From IMG/VR virus record IMGVR_UViG_3300028706_000553: a stretch of 64,000 nt of DNA, one strand, 5' to 3'. Shown here piece by piece: positions 37,242 to 46,228 of the stretch. The notes beneath the pieces are model-generated. The model did no database searches, had not been told where the DNA came from, and saw only the letters and a program-made list of their open reading frames with translations. This DNA is from a virus. Numbering within the stretch: the first letter of the stretch is position 1; every line of letters begins with the position of its first letter. A program made the position numbers and the translations under genes.

Positions 37242-38095
37242 TGAAAGCATTCGCTGAAGTAGCAGGTTTGGTATCAAATGCGTATCATGGACAAAATGAA
37301 GTTTCTATGATACGTAGTTTTGAAAGTCCACCAATCATTTTATCAGGGCCATTATTTAAAAGAATATTTGAACTTACAGAAAAAGAAGCTCTTCACTCAA
37401 TTGGATTAAGTGATTTAAAAAATAAATTTCCTAAGGTCCAAGGAAGAGCTAAACAAATTTCTACCTTTACTCAAATGCAACCTAATTCGCAATTTTGGCA
37501 AGGTGGAATAGATGATGAGGATAGACCTGGTGGTTTGTTATTGCATGTGAAAGGAAATGTAACAGGTCAATTCAATCAAGACATGTATACCGAAATATTA
37601 AGAGGTGGTAGACGTGTTATAATGCTAAATGATGATACCATTGAAGAGCAAGAGTTTGAAGACGAATTAAAAGGTCTTCAATCCGAATTCAGAAAATTAG
37701 TCCATGAAATTTTTAAAAAGAAATTAGGCATTAAACCTGATAGCCCTTTATCTTTTTCTGATAATAATTATCCTGAAAATATATTGCGGACAGAATTAGA
37801 TGGACGACAAAAAGCTACCCTCATTAAAAACTATTTGGATGGGATGGAAAAGCTTCTGAAAAATAAGAAGTATAAAGAAGCTGTTTCAGATATGATGTTT
37901 GATATGATTGCAGTAGGTGATTATGAATATAACGAAATTACTATGGAAAAAGTAAAGTTAATTTCAATTTATGTCACAAACTCAAATATAGATCGCTCAG
38001 ACGTCGATAATCTAAGAAAACAATTTAAAGTCCCTATCTATCCAAATGCTTCTCGAACACAAATTGAGAAGATCCTCCAAACAATAAATTCATAA
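37241..38095 (+). CDS. Hypothetical protein
   Basis: 284-aa ORF, TAATG-coupled; no confident family. Confidence 0.6.
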   Translation: MKAFAEVAGLVSNAYHGQNEVSMIRSFESPPIILSGPLFKRIFELTEKEALHSIGLSDLKNKFPKVQGRAKQISTFTQMQPNSQFWQGGIDDEDRPGGLLLHVKGNVTGQFNQDMYTEILRGGRRVIMLNDDTIEEQEFEDELKGLQSEFRKLVHEIFKKKLGIKPDSPLSFSDNNYPENILRTELDGRQKATLIKNYLDGMEKLLKNKKYKEAVSDMMFDMIAVGDYEYNEITMEKVKLISIYVTNSNIDRSDVDNLRKQFKVPIYPNASRTQIEKILQTINS

Positions 38096-38103
38096 AAAAA
38101 TAC

Positions 38104-38132
38104 TTGACATTTTGTTGAATATATCGTATAAT
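38104..38132 (+). promoter_or_regulatory. Sigma70-type (early) promoter
   Basis: TTGACA (38104-38109), 17-bp spacer, TATAAT (38127-38132) upstream of folE; AGGAG RBS follows. Confidence 0.85.
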
Positions 38133-38163
38133 AATACTATTAAATAATTAATTATAGGAGCAC

Positions 38164-38847
38164 ATGGAAGCACGAAGAAAATGCGATCCAGAGTTGGGTC
38201 AATTAGTAAGTGAACACTTGGAAAGTCTTGGTTTAGAAACACCTATGACACAAGTTCGAAAAAATTATGATAGTGAGACAGCAATTGAATCTATCAAAGG
38301 AAACATGACGGAGATTATGACATCATTAGGATTAGATCTTAAAGATGATTCATTACAAGATACACCCAAAAGAGTAGCACAGATGTTTGTGAATGAAATT
38401 TTTTGGGGACTTGATTATGACAGATTTCCTAAATGCACAAAAATTGAAAATAAGATGAACTATAAAGGTTCATTTGTATTAGAAAGAAATATCAATGTTC
38501 AATCCTATTGCGAGCATCACTTTATTGTTATTGATGGTGTTGCCAGCGTCGCTTATCTCCCAAACAAATATGTTTTAGGGTTATCTAAGTTAAATCGAAT
38601 TGTTCAATTCTTTTCAAAACGTCCTCAAGTTCAGGAAAGGCTTACTGAACAAATTAGAGCTGCGATTGCGTTTGTTGCTCAGACAGAAGATGTTGCCGTT
38701 CAAATTGATGGCGCACATTTCTGTGTTAAATCACGAGGCATTCAGGATCTCAGATCTACAACTGCAACATTCTCTGCATCAGGTGTTTTTTCAGAAGGAT
38801 CACAACGTCAAGAGTTCCTTGCAGGATGTCGTTCTTTAATGGCTTAA
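38164..38847 (+). CDS. folE: GTP cyclohydrolase I
   Basis: DTPKRVAQMF, SYCEHHF, GLSKLNRIV, RPQVQERLT, HFCVKSRG. Confidence 0.95.
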   Translation: MEARRKCDPELGQLVSEHLESLGLETPMTQVRKNYDSETAIESIKGNMTEIMTSLGLDLKDDSLQDTPKRVAQMFVNEIFWGLDYDRFPKCTKIENKMNYKGSFVLERNINVQSYCEHHFIVIDGVASVAYLPNKYVLGLSKLNRIVQFFSKRPQVQERLTEQIRAAIAFVAQTEDVAVQIDGAHFCVKSRGIQDLRSTTATFSASGVFSEGSQRQEFLAGCRSLMA

Positions 38848-38848
38848 T

Positions 38849-39700
38849 ATGACATACATTTCACATGAAATACCTAGATCACTAATAGATGAACATCAAG
38901 ACTTTATTAGCGATTATCAATTTGTATTACTTCATAAAATTCTAGAAGATAAAGATTACGCAGAGATGGTTTGTGACTTTGCGAATAATGGAGAATTTAC
39001 TTATCTTGATAATAGTTGTTTTGAATTGGGTGAATCATTAGATAATGATATTCTCTATGAATGGTTCCAAAGATTAGAACCAGACTTTGTAGTTCTACCA
39101 GATGTTCTCGGAGATAGAAAAAGAACACTGGAAAGGTCGATTGAATTTGCTAATGATTATCCAGACACAATCCCTAATGGTATGCCCGTTATTCAAGGAG
39201 CAACACCAGATGAAATGATTGATTGCTATAATGACTTTACTGAGTATAGTGATAAATGGCCGATAATTGGTATACCTTTTGTTTATCGTTGGGCTGATAA
39301 AGACCCAACACTTCAGGCGAATGAAAGAATAAAGTTACTTGAAAGAATGGACAGAGAGTGTATTGATAGAGATATCAAACATCATCTATTAGGTACGTGG
39401 CAAGCAAGAGAATTTGCACATTATAGAGATTATAATTGGATTCATAGTATAGATACTTCCAATCCAGTAATGGCAGCATTAGACGGAACACCTTATGCAG
39501 GAATTCACGGATTAACACAAAAACCAACATCAACATTTGATTCTATTTACGATATGAAAGAAGAAGATATTAACTTAGATCTTTTATATTATAATGTTGA
39601 TAGTTTTAGACAAATCGTTACGGGTAAATTTCCTGAGAGAAAATATCCAGAGAATTTAAATTGTTTTAAATACTTTACATATTCAGGACAACATGGCTAA
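38849..39700 (+). CDS. TGT-fold protein, putative DpdA-like 7-deazaguanine DNA transglycosylase
   Basis: LDNS, LPD, PVIQG, IGIP, HHLLG and SIDTS occur in the order of the TGT-barrel motifs DSGG, D, IVQG, IGG, YLMG and FDC; lies between folE and queC. Confidence 0.6.
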   Translation: MTYISHEIPRSLIDEHQDFISDYQFVLLHKILEDKDYAEMVCDFANNGEFTYLDNSCFELGESLDNDILYEWFQRLEPDFVVLPDVLGDRKRTLERSIEFANDYPDTIPNGMPVIQGATPDEMIDCYNDFTEYSDKWPIIGIPFVYRWADKDPTLQANERIKLLERMDRECIDRDIKHHLLGTWQAREFAHYRDYNWIHSIDTSNPVMAALDGTPYAGIHGLTQKPTSTFDSIYDMKEEDINLDLLYYNVDSFRQIVTGKFPERKYPENLNCFKYFTYSGQHG

Positions 39701-39923
39701 TAAGATAGATCCAGAACACTATCAAAGTAATACAAAATTGGAAGCGATTGATGTTATAGAAGCTTTCGATTTAAATTTTCATCGCGGAAACGTTGTTAAG
39801 TATGTTTTGCGAGCAGGTAAAAAATCAGAAAAGGGTTACGAGAATAAAGATAAACAATTAGAAGATTTGAAAAAAGCTAAGTGGTATCTTGAAAGAGTAA
39901 TCAAAAATGTTACGGAGGGATGA
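39693..39923 (+). CDS. DUF3310 (SaV-like) phage protein
   Basis: PEHY, EAIDVIE, FHRGNVVKYVLRAGKK, EDLKKAKWYLER. Confidence 0.85.
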   Translation: MANKIDPEHYQSNTKLEAIDVIEAFDLNFHRGNVVKYVLRAGKKSEKGYENKDKQLEDLKKAKWYLERVIKNVTEG

Positions 39924-40654
39924 TGGACTTACGAGAAGCTAGAAATAAACTTCCAGAAGTTAAAGAAAATGTTGCAGTTATATTATCCGGTGGCATGGAT
40001 AGTTCTATTGTTACAATGATGTTAGCCCGACATTATGGACCAGAAAAAGTATTTGCTTTAACATTTAACTATGGTCAAAAGCAAGCTGAAGAATGTATGA
40101 AGGCAAAAGAATTATGTCGTGAATTAGGTGTACCACATAAGCAATTAGATATAGGTTATTTCGGAGAGTTAGTTCAACCTATTAGTGCAAATATATCTGG
40201 CACTGATATTGACATGCCCAACATTAAAGAAGTGTTGGGAGATCCCCAACCTGTTACATATGTCCCGTTTAGGAATATGATGTTGTTAAGTAATGCATGC
40301 GCTTTTGCAGAAGTAGTAAATGCAGAATACATTTTTTGTGGACTTCAAGTTCATGATGAATATGGGTATTGGGATACAAGCCAAGCCTTTGTAGATGCAT
40401 TAAATGGCATTACAGTACTAAATAGAACATTCAAGACACAAATTATTGCGCCGTTCTCTTTATTAAGTAAAACAGAAGAATTAAAAATATGTAAAGAGCT
40501 AGGAACATTTAATTTATTAAAGCATACATTAACATGTTACGATCCAGATGAAGAAGGTCGTAGTTGTGGAAGGTGCCCTTCTTGTTCTGAAAGAATTAAA
40601 GCGTTTCAGAATATTCAAGAAATAGATCCAATACCTTATCAGGAAGGCGATTAA
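39920..40654 (+). CDS. queC: 7-cyano-7-deazaguanine synthase
   Basis: LSGGMDS, FNYGQK, TYVPFRNMMLL, TLTCY, CGRCPSCSER. Confidence 0.93.
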   Translation: MMDLREARNKLPEVKENVAVILSGGMDSSIVTMMLARHYGPEKVFALTFNYGQKQAEECMKAKELCRELGVPHKQLDIGYFGELVQPISANISGTDIDMPNIKEVLGDPQPVTYVPFRNMMLLSNACAFAEVVNAEYIFCGLQVHDEYGYWDTSQAFVDALNGITVLNRTFKTQIIAPFSLLSKTEELKICKELGTFNLLKHTLTCYDPDEEGRSCGRCPSCSERIKAFQNIQEIDPIPYQEGD

Positions 40655-41316
40655 TGTGTAGTATTTCTGCAAGCAAGAGCAAAGAAGTTTTATTAAAATT
40701 AGTAGAACTTAATAGATATCGGGGCGAAGAATCTCATTCAGTTTCACAGTTTTTATATCACGAAGATTTAGATCCTGACGCCAATGGTTTTTATCTTAAA
40801 CAACAGATTAAATCATATGGCCCTTTAGATGTAAAACAATTAGATGGTGAATGGGATTATTGTATTGTTCATCAACAAGCACCCACATCAAAAGAAGTTA
40901 ATAATACTGATTTAGCAACAGGAAGATTTATTCACCCAGCTGTGAAAGGAAAATCTTATTTGTGGCATAATGGTATTATTAAAGAAGGAAAATTTGAAGG
41001 TGATTGGGATACAGAATGGTTGTTTGATCTTACATTAGATGATTTAGAAAAAAGCCCTCTTAAAAGATTTGATGCTAAGATAAGTGAAGCAGATGGTACA
41101 TTCGCATGTATGATGCATCACGATAGTAGTATGTTTATATTTCGTAATGAAATTAGTCCTTTGTTTAGTGAAGGATCATCCTTTTCTTCTACTAAGTTTG
41201 AAAACTCTATTCCAGTGCCCGCAAATACAATGTGGGAATTAGATTATGAAATGGGTGGTTTAGTAGAACAATGGAAATTTGAAACAAAAGAAAATCCCTA
41301 TCATTTTGGAGAATAA
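40654..41316 (+). CDS. Class II (Ntn) glutamine amidotransferase
   Basis: N-terminal MC (Cys2 nucleophile), RG, HQQAPT, HP, WHNG, DTE, GTFA. Confidence 0.8.
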   Translation: MCSISASKSKEVLLKLVELNRYRGEESHSVSQFLYHEDLDPDANGFYLKQQIKSYGPLDVKQLDGEWDYCIVHQQAPTSKEVNNTDLATGRFIHPAVKGKSYLWHNGIIKEGKFEGDWDTEWLFDLTLDDLEKSPLKRFDAKISEADGTFACMMHHDSSMFIFRNEISPLFSEGSSFSSTKFENSIPVPANTMWELDYEMGGLVEQWKFETKENPYHFGE

Positions 41317-41783
41317 TGTTTATACACCCCGTGAATGCCTCTACTGAGGTAACCAATATCGATGATACAATGATTCAACCAAATACTGTTGATTTACGAG
41401 TCGATAAGGTTTATCGAATCGGCGCTGGTCCAATGCACATAGATGAAGAAGAAAAGATACATCGAAAGTCAATGGAAATATTTCCCGATGAAGATGGTAA
41501 TTTTCTTTTAAGTCCAGGCTGTTATGAAATGCAATCCAATCAACAAGTAGAAATAGCAGAAGGGGAAGTTGCTCTTGTTCTTGGTAGAAGTACTTTTAAT
41601 AGAAATGGCGTTTTGATTATCAGTTCAATTTATGATTCAGGTTTTAAAGATTATGCAGGGGCAACTGTGTATAATATAGGCGGAGAAACAACCGTTAAGC
41701 CTAATACGCGATTTGCACATTTAATTATTGCAAAAGCGGAATCCTTACATAAATATGATGGAGACTATGGCGAAAAAAATTGA
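41316..41783 (+). CDS. dCTP deaminase / dUTPase family protein
   Basis: QPNTVDLR, GRSTFNRNG, YDSGF, RFAHLI. Confidence 0.8.
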   Translation: MFIHPVNASTEVTNIDDTMIQPNTVDLRVDKVYRIGAGPMHIDEEEKIHRKSMEIFPDEDGNFLLSPGCYEMQSNQQVEIAEGEVALVLGRSTFNRNGVLIISSIYDSGFKDYAGATVYNIGGETTVKPNTRFAHLIIAKAESLHKYDGDYGEKN

Positions 41784-42024
41784 AAATAAAGAAAAAGAAA
41801 CTATAATAAAAATGCTGACTCCTGAAACATTCAATTTGGATGTTAAGAAGTTGTCAGATAAAATGCCGGTAATGGATGCAATTTTACATTATTGTGAAAT
41901 GAATAAATTAGAATATGAAACAGCTGCTTCTTTAATATCCACAGATCTAAAAAGAGTCTTACGAGCTGAAGCTGAAGAATTAAATTTCATACCGACCACA
42001 TCGAAACTACCTATCAATGTTTAA
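41767..42024 (+). CDS. gp33: Late-promoter transcription co-activator (T4 gp33-like)
   Basis: MDAILHYCE..LEYE.AASLIS..LK..L.AEAEELNF; directly upstream of gp59 and gp32; ATG 41767 with GGAG RBS. Confidence 0.8.
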   Translation: MAKKIENKEKETIIKMLTPETFNLDVKKLSDKMPVMDAILHYCEMNKLEYETAASLISTDLKRVLRAEAEELNFIPTTSKLPINV

Positions 42025-42104
42025 AAAAGTAAAAGAGAGTTTGGATGGGTCGTCTTTGCTAGAACACAACCACCTGATTGGGTAACCGCCCTATTCCAAA
42101 TGCC

Positions 42105-42698
42105 ATGAATGAATTTGAGTGTTATAGTCTTTATACCTCTCTTAAATTACATTTTACTACAGATTACGATTACTTTAAGTATAATGGTAAATGTAATGTT
42201 ACACCTGAGTCGTTTAACAAACGAAGAGAGCGATTCTTTTTTAAGAAATTATCTAGAGAATATCCAAATCCAGAATTAAGAGATTTTCTAGTATCGAACT
42301 TTTTAAGTGATATAAATATGTGGATAGGGGATGCTTTTGGTGAAAAGTGTGTTTCAACCTATCGTGACTGGCGGAAGCGTATTGAGAGTTTACAATACAT
42401 TTTTCGTGAAGATTGTTCGAACATCATGTCAGATGATTCGAATGAGTTCAATGCTTTATTTGAAGTAGTAGATGGACAACATCCACCTATTCTTCGTTAT
42501 GCTTTAGCGAAAAAAATAAACATTGAATCTTTTATCATCCTAGATGATATTTTATGTTTCATACCCAAATTTAATAGAGATCTTCAGGACCCAATCGTGT
42601 GGCCGGACTACTATAAGAAGTGTGTGAAATATAAGCCATTCTTTACTCATGAATTTGAAGCAAGCAGAAAAAGCTTGAAAAAAGTTCTTGACATTTAA
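42105..42698 (+). CDS. gp59: Helicase loader (T4 gp59-like)
   Basis: YTSLKLHF..DYDYFKYNGK, RRERFFFKKLSR, KYKPF; ATG 42105 preferred over TTG 42078. Confidence 0.9.
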   Translation: MNEFECYSLYTSLKLHFTTDYDYFKYNGKCNVTPESFNKRRERFFFKKLSREYPNPELRDFLVSNFLSDINMWIGDAFGEKCVSTYRDWRKRIESLQYIFREDCSNIMSDDSNEFNALFEVVDGQHPPILRYALAKKINIESFIILDDILCFIPKFNRDLQDPIVWPDYYKKCVKYKPFFTHEFEASRKSLKKVLDI

Positions 42699-42716
42699 TA
42701 AAGAATGTTATATAAT
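42688..42716 (+). promoter_or_regulatory. Sigma70-type promoter for gp32
   Basis: TTGACA (42688-42693), 17-bp spacer, TATAAT (42711-42716). Confidence 0.85.
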
Positions 42717-42782
42717 ATATGTTATATTATGATTAAGTGAATAAAGCGTATACAACGAAACAAAGCAGTTATAAGGAGAAAT

Positions 42783-43718
42783 ATGTCGTTTGCAGATATG
42801 AAGAAAAAAAGAGGTTCCTCATTAAGCCACCTCAGCGAAGAGCTTAATAAAATCAACAATCCCGGATTTGGTGTAGATGAACGTTTTTGGAAAGCCGACT
42901 TAGATAAGGCTGGAAACGGTTATGCAGTCATCAGATTCTTGCCCCCTATTGAAGGAGAAGATCTTCCTTGGGTTCGTGTTTTCAATCATGGTTTTCAAGG
43001 ACCAGGTGGATGGTATATTGAAAACAGTCTTACTACTCTTGGTAAGAAGGATCCAGTTTCTGAATATAATTCAGGTCTTTGGGCTACAGGTGTAGAAGCG
43101 AATAAAGATATTGTTCGTAAACAGAAAAGACGTTTGACTTATTATGCCAATATTATGGTAGTTGAAGATTCAAAGCGTCCTGAAAATGAAGGGAAAGTTT
43201 TCCTTTTTAAATTCGGGAAGAAGATCTTTGATAAAGTCAATGATCAGATGAATCCTCAGTTTGAGGACGAAACACCTGTTAATCCTTTTGATTTCTGGGA
43301 AGGAGCGAACTTCAAATTGAAGATTCGTAAGGTAGAAGGCTTTACAAATTATGATAAAGCTGAATTTGCTGCTCCTACACCATTGTCAGAAAATGACGAA
43401 GACATGGAAAGGATTTGGAAACAACAGTATTCACTTCAAGACTTTTTGAAGCCTGATAACTTCAAGTCATATGAAGAATTATCCTCACGTTTAAATAAAG
43501 TTCTTGGTAAAGGAATTGATCCTTCCATGCAGAGAGCTGAAGATACAGTGATAGGTCCTGTTGATCATACTAGTGTACCTTTTGATGGTGGAGTTCCTAA
43601 TAGGCCTGCACCGCAACCAACTGTAAGTGCTCAAAATGATAATTTGGATCAGGGTAGTATGGATTCTGGAGAAGGAGATACTCTTTCTTACTTTGCTAAA
43701 TTAGCTGAAGAAGAATAA
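42783..43718 (+). CDS. gp32: Single-stranded DNA-binding protein (T4 gp32-like)
   Basis: DERFWK, GNGYAVIRFLP, HGFQGPGGWYIENSLTT, FKFGKKIFDK, acidic tail YFAKLAEEE. Confidence 0.96.
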   Translation: MSFADMKKKRGSSLSHLSEELNKINNPGFGVDERFWKADLDKAGNGYAVIRFLPPIEGEDLPWVRVFNHGFQGPGGWYIENSLTTLGKKDPVSEYNSGLWATGVEANKDIVRKQKRRLTYYANIMVVEDSKRPENEGKVFLFKFGKKIFDKVNDQMNPQFEDETPVNPFDFWEGANFKLKIRKVEGFTNYDKAEFAAPTPLSENDEDMERIWKQQYSLQDFLKPDNFKSYEELSSRLNKVLGKGIDPSMQRAEDTVIGPVDHTSVPFDGGVPNRPAPQPTVSAQNDNLDQGSMDSGEGDTLSYFAKLAEEE

Positions 43719-43729
43719 TCATTCATTTA

Positions 43730-43758
43730 GTGGTCATCTACTGGGTGACCACCTTTTT
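43730..43758 (+). terminator. Rho-independent terminator after gp32
   Basis: Hairpin GTGGTCATC...GGTGACCAC (43730-43752) followed by TTTTT, where the two transcription units converge. Confidence 0.7.
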
Positions 43759-46041
43759 CAATGAATCTTTTCGTGAACTAGTATCAAGGTCAGTCTGGAG
43801 GACGATGCCTTCGGTTTTGGTGGTGACTACTGAATTATCTACTACATTTACTGGTTGTCTATCTCTTTCTTGTCTTGCTAATTCCCTCTCTTCTTTTCTT
43901 TTTCTCTCCTCGGCCGCCACAAGTCTTTTATATGCTTCTGGATCATCTTTTTCCATTTTAGCCATTTGGTAATGTTTTGAATCTTTACCGAAAATTCCTT
44001 TGGCTGCCTTTTTCCCTAAAAATCCCATATCCATCATCAACCTCGCAATAAATTGGGGAATTCTTCGGACGAAGGCAAAGACTGGTTCTAGAACATGATC
44101 GTAAATTGCATCGGTTGCCATTGTAAATAATTTTTTGATACCAGTAAATAAAGAAAAGTTACCATCTTTATCTCTTAGATTTTTATCAATAAATGCTACT
44201 GCATTTTTAAAATCGAATTTTTTTAATATCCAAGCAACTGCTTCACCTAATAGGTTTGGTATAGCAAACAATACATCGTCGAATACAGACTCTATACCGG
44301 CCCCTATTGCGCCTGTAATACCACCTTCTTTATATCCATCTACAATATTACTTATTACATCAAACGCAGAAAAAAGGAACCCAATAGGAATGAATACCTT
44401 ACCAATAACTTTTGCGATCTTACCTACAAAACCTAAAATGTCTTTTAAGGGTTTGATCCAATCAGTTAAAGGAGCAATTATACCTGAAAACGTTTTTGCG
44501 GCTTTTGTAAGAATGCCGTCTTTAGGTCCGAATGCACCTTTGAATGAATCTCTAAAAGAATTAAAAGTTTTAATTGGATGAGCTAATGCTTCTGCATTTA
44601 AAAATCCAAGAGCACCAAAGTTAAGTACGTTTACTAATTTGAAAAACCCTTTAGTAATTTTTAACATAGTACCAAAGATATTATCAATGGCAGTTAAGAA
44701 TCCAGTCTTTACTTGCATCAACTTACTACCTTCAGCAAACATTGGCATCTTAAAGAATGCTCCAAACCTTGTACTAAATCCTGCTTTTGCTTTTACTATG
44801 CCTTCAGCAACATCATCACCTATATTGAAAATTTTAGTTTTCAATTTAGAAAACATACCTTGTTTTTTAATGACAAGGTCATCAACTTTTGCAGGATCTA
44901 ATCCTAACATTTTTATAATACTGGAGTTGAATTTTGTTTTAGCTAGTTTACCTGCATCTGCCGCTTCGTCACTTATTTCTAATATATTAGCGTGCTTCTT
45001 CAAGAACTTTATTTTAGCTGCGTCGGATAATCCTTCTGCATCAGCAGCAAAAGCCAACATCTTAGATTGGGATTTTAGAAACTTTAGTTTATCTTTTTGA
45101 ATACCGTCAGTATGGTCAGCCATCCATGCTAACATTTTAGATTGCTTTTTCAAAAAGCCGGCTTTATCAGCAGCGGACATATCTTCAGCTGTATTCATCC
45201 ACTTCAACATATTCGTCTGAGCATTGAAGAACTTCAATTTATTTGCATCTGTTAATTTTTCAGCATCAGTAGCCCATGAAGCTAGTCTACCTAGAGTTTT
45301 AGTAAAGTTGTTTTTTTGAGCGAGCGCAAATTTGTCTGTGTCTGGGCCAAATTTTAAAAACTTTCCTATATCATCTGCAAATCCAGCCTTTTGTTTAGCA
45401 AGTTCATTAGGAAATTTTTGTTCAAAACCAAAGTACTTTTTTAAATTAAACCACATACCACTTTTGGTTTTTCCTAAATCTTTAACATCTCCAGGAGGAA
45501 ATCCTAAGGCACCTTTGATTTTATCAAAAAAAGATGTCCTATGAATTTTCATATTATCAAGTAATTTTGTGAACTGATCGCCAGTAAAAAAAGCTGTTAT
45601 CGAATCTTTAAATAATGCTAATCCGGCTATAGCCGCACCGCCGAGTCCGGCAGCTAATCCACCCCAACTAAAATCTAAGCCACCTAAGGATGGTGCTCCA
45701 CCTCCTCCACCACCTTTATCTTTATCTTTAGCTAAACGAGCGGCTTCCATTGCTGCTTCTAATCGCTTTCGTTCAGCATCTTTAATAAAGTCAAGGTATT
45801 CAGCAAAGAGATCGGCAGTTCTAAATGTGTTAGCTTCGACTGATTGTAATAAATTATTACTCATATCGCCCATGCGAATTGAGTTAGACCAATATTGTGT
45901 CTGCGCATCAAATGAATCTTTCATTTGATTTACAAACATGCCGCTAGAAATAGCATCTGCTCCTAATTGTGAAGACACCTCATCTTGCCATTTTTTACGG
46001 GCAGCATGTTCTTTTGGATCTGTTTTTACTGTCTCAGCCAT
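43738..46041 (-). CDS. Tape-measure-like tail protein
   Basis: 767 aa, helical and Ala/Gly/Lys-rich with about ten ~25-aa repeats; follows gp26/gp51 in the tail operon. Confidence 0.6.
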   Translation of the reverse strand: MAETVKTDPKEHAARKKWQDEVSSQLGADAISSGMFVNQMKDSFDAQTQYWSNSIRMGDMSNNLLQSVEANTFRTADLFAEYLDFIKDAERKRLEAAMEAARLAKDKDKGGGGGGAPSLGGLDFSWGGLAAGLGGAAIAGLALFKDSITAFFTGDQFTKLLDNMKIHRTSFFDKIKGALGFPPGDVKDLGKTKSGMWFNLKKYFGFEQKFPNELAKQKAGFADDIGKFLKFGPDTDKFALAQKNNFTKTLGRLASWATDAEKLTDANKLKFFNAQTNMLKWMNTAEDMSAADKAGFLKKQSKMLAWMADHTDGIQKDKLKFLKSQSKMLAFAADAEGLSDAAKIKFLKKHANILEISDEAADAGKLAKTKFNSSIIKMLGLDPAKVDDLVIKKQGMFSKLKTKIFNIGDDVAEGIVKAKAGFSTRFGAFFKMPMFAEGSKLMQVKTGFLTAIDNIFGTMLKITKGFFKLVNVLNFGALGFLNAEALAHPIKTFNSFRDSFKGAFGPKDGILTKAAKTFSGIIAPLTDWIKPLKDILGFVGKIAKVIGKVFIPIGFLFSAFDVISNIVDGYKEGGITGAIGAGIESVFDDVLFAIPNLLGEAVAWILKKFDFKNAVAFIDKNLRDKDGNFSLFTGIKKLFTMATDAIYDHVLEPVFAFVRRIPQFIARLMMDMGFLGKKAAKGIFGKDSKHYQMAKMEKDDPEAYKRLVAAEERKRKEERELARQERDRQPVNVVDNSVVTTKTEGIVLQTDLDTSSRKDSLKKVVTQ

Positions 46042-46228
46042 GTCTTTGTCTTTCTTCTTCCATACGTTGATTTTCTTCTTCTATATGTTCAATTAAGAGG
46101 GCAATATAAAGGTCTCTTTCGTAACACATCATATTTTCTATCTCAGTCAAACTCCATTTATGATTCTGTATTAGAGAAAAAATGGTTTTATAATAGTTAA
46201 CTAAACTATTGTGACTGAGTATTAACCG
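46034..46228 (-). CDS. gp51: gp51-like baseplate hub assembly protein lacking a conventional start codon (probable -1 frameshift extension of gp26)
   Basis: RLILSHNSLVNYYKTIFSLIQNHKWSLTEIENMMCYERDLYIALLIEHIEEENQRMEEERQRHG; matches the T4-like gp51 pattern; no ATG before codon 33. Confidence 0.8.
   Translation of the reverse strand, partial: RLILSHNSLVNYYKTIFSLIQNHKWSLTEIENMMCYERDLYIALLIEHIEEENQRMEEERQRHG

Noticed and set aside
16642-42104. Longest-ORF starts at 16642, 20905, 34740, 35527, 41728 and 42078
   Set aside because: They overlap upstream genes extensively; downstream ATGs (16693, 20995, 34800, 35608, 41767, 42105) fit the stop-start coupling and the domain starts
42017-42108. 22-codon ORF or gp33 stop read-through in the gp33-gp59 gap
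   Set aside because: No RBS, motif or recoding signal to support either
42720-42782. T4 gene 32-type autoregulatory operator or pseudoknot
   Set aside because: The leader is A-rich and unstructured as expected, but no pseudoknot or clear repeat could be shown
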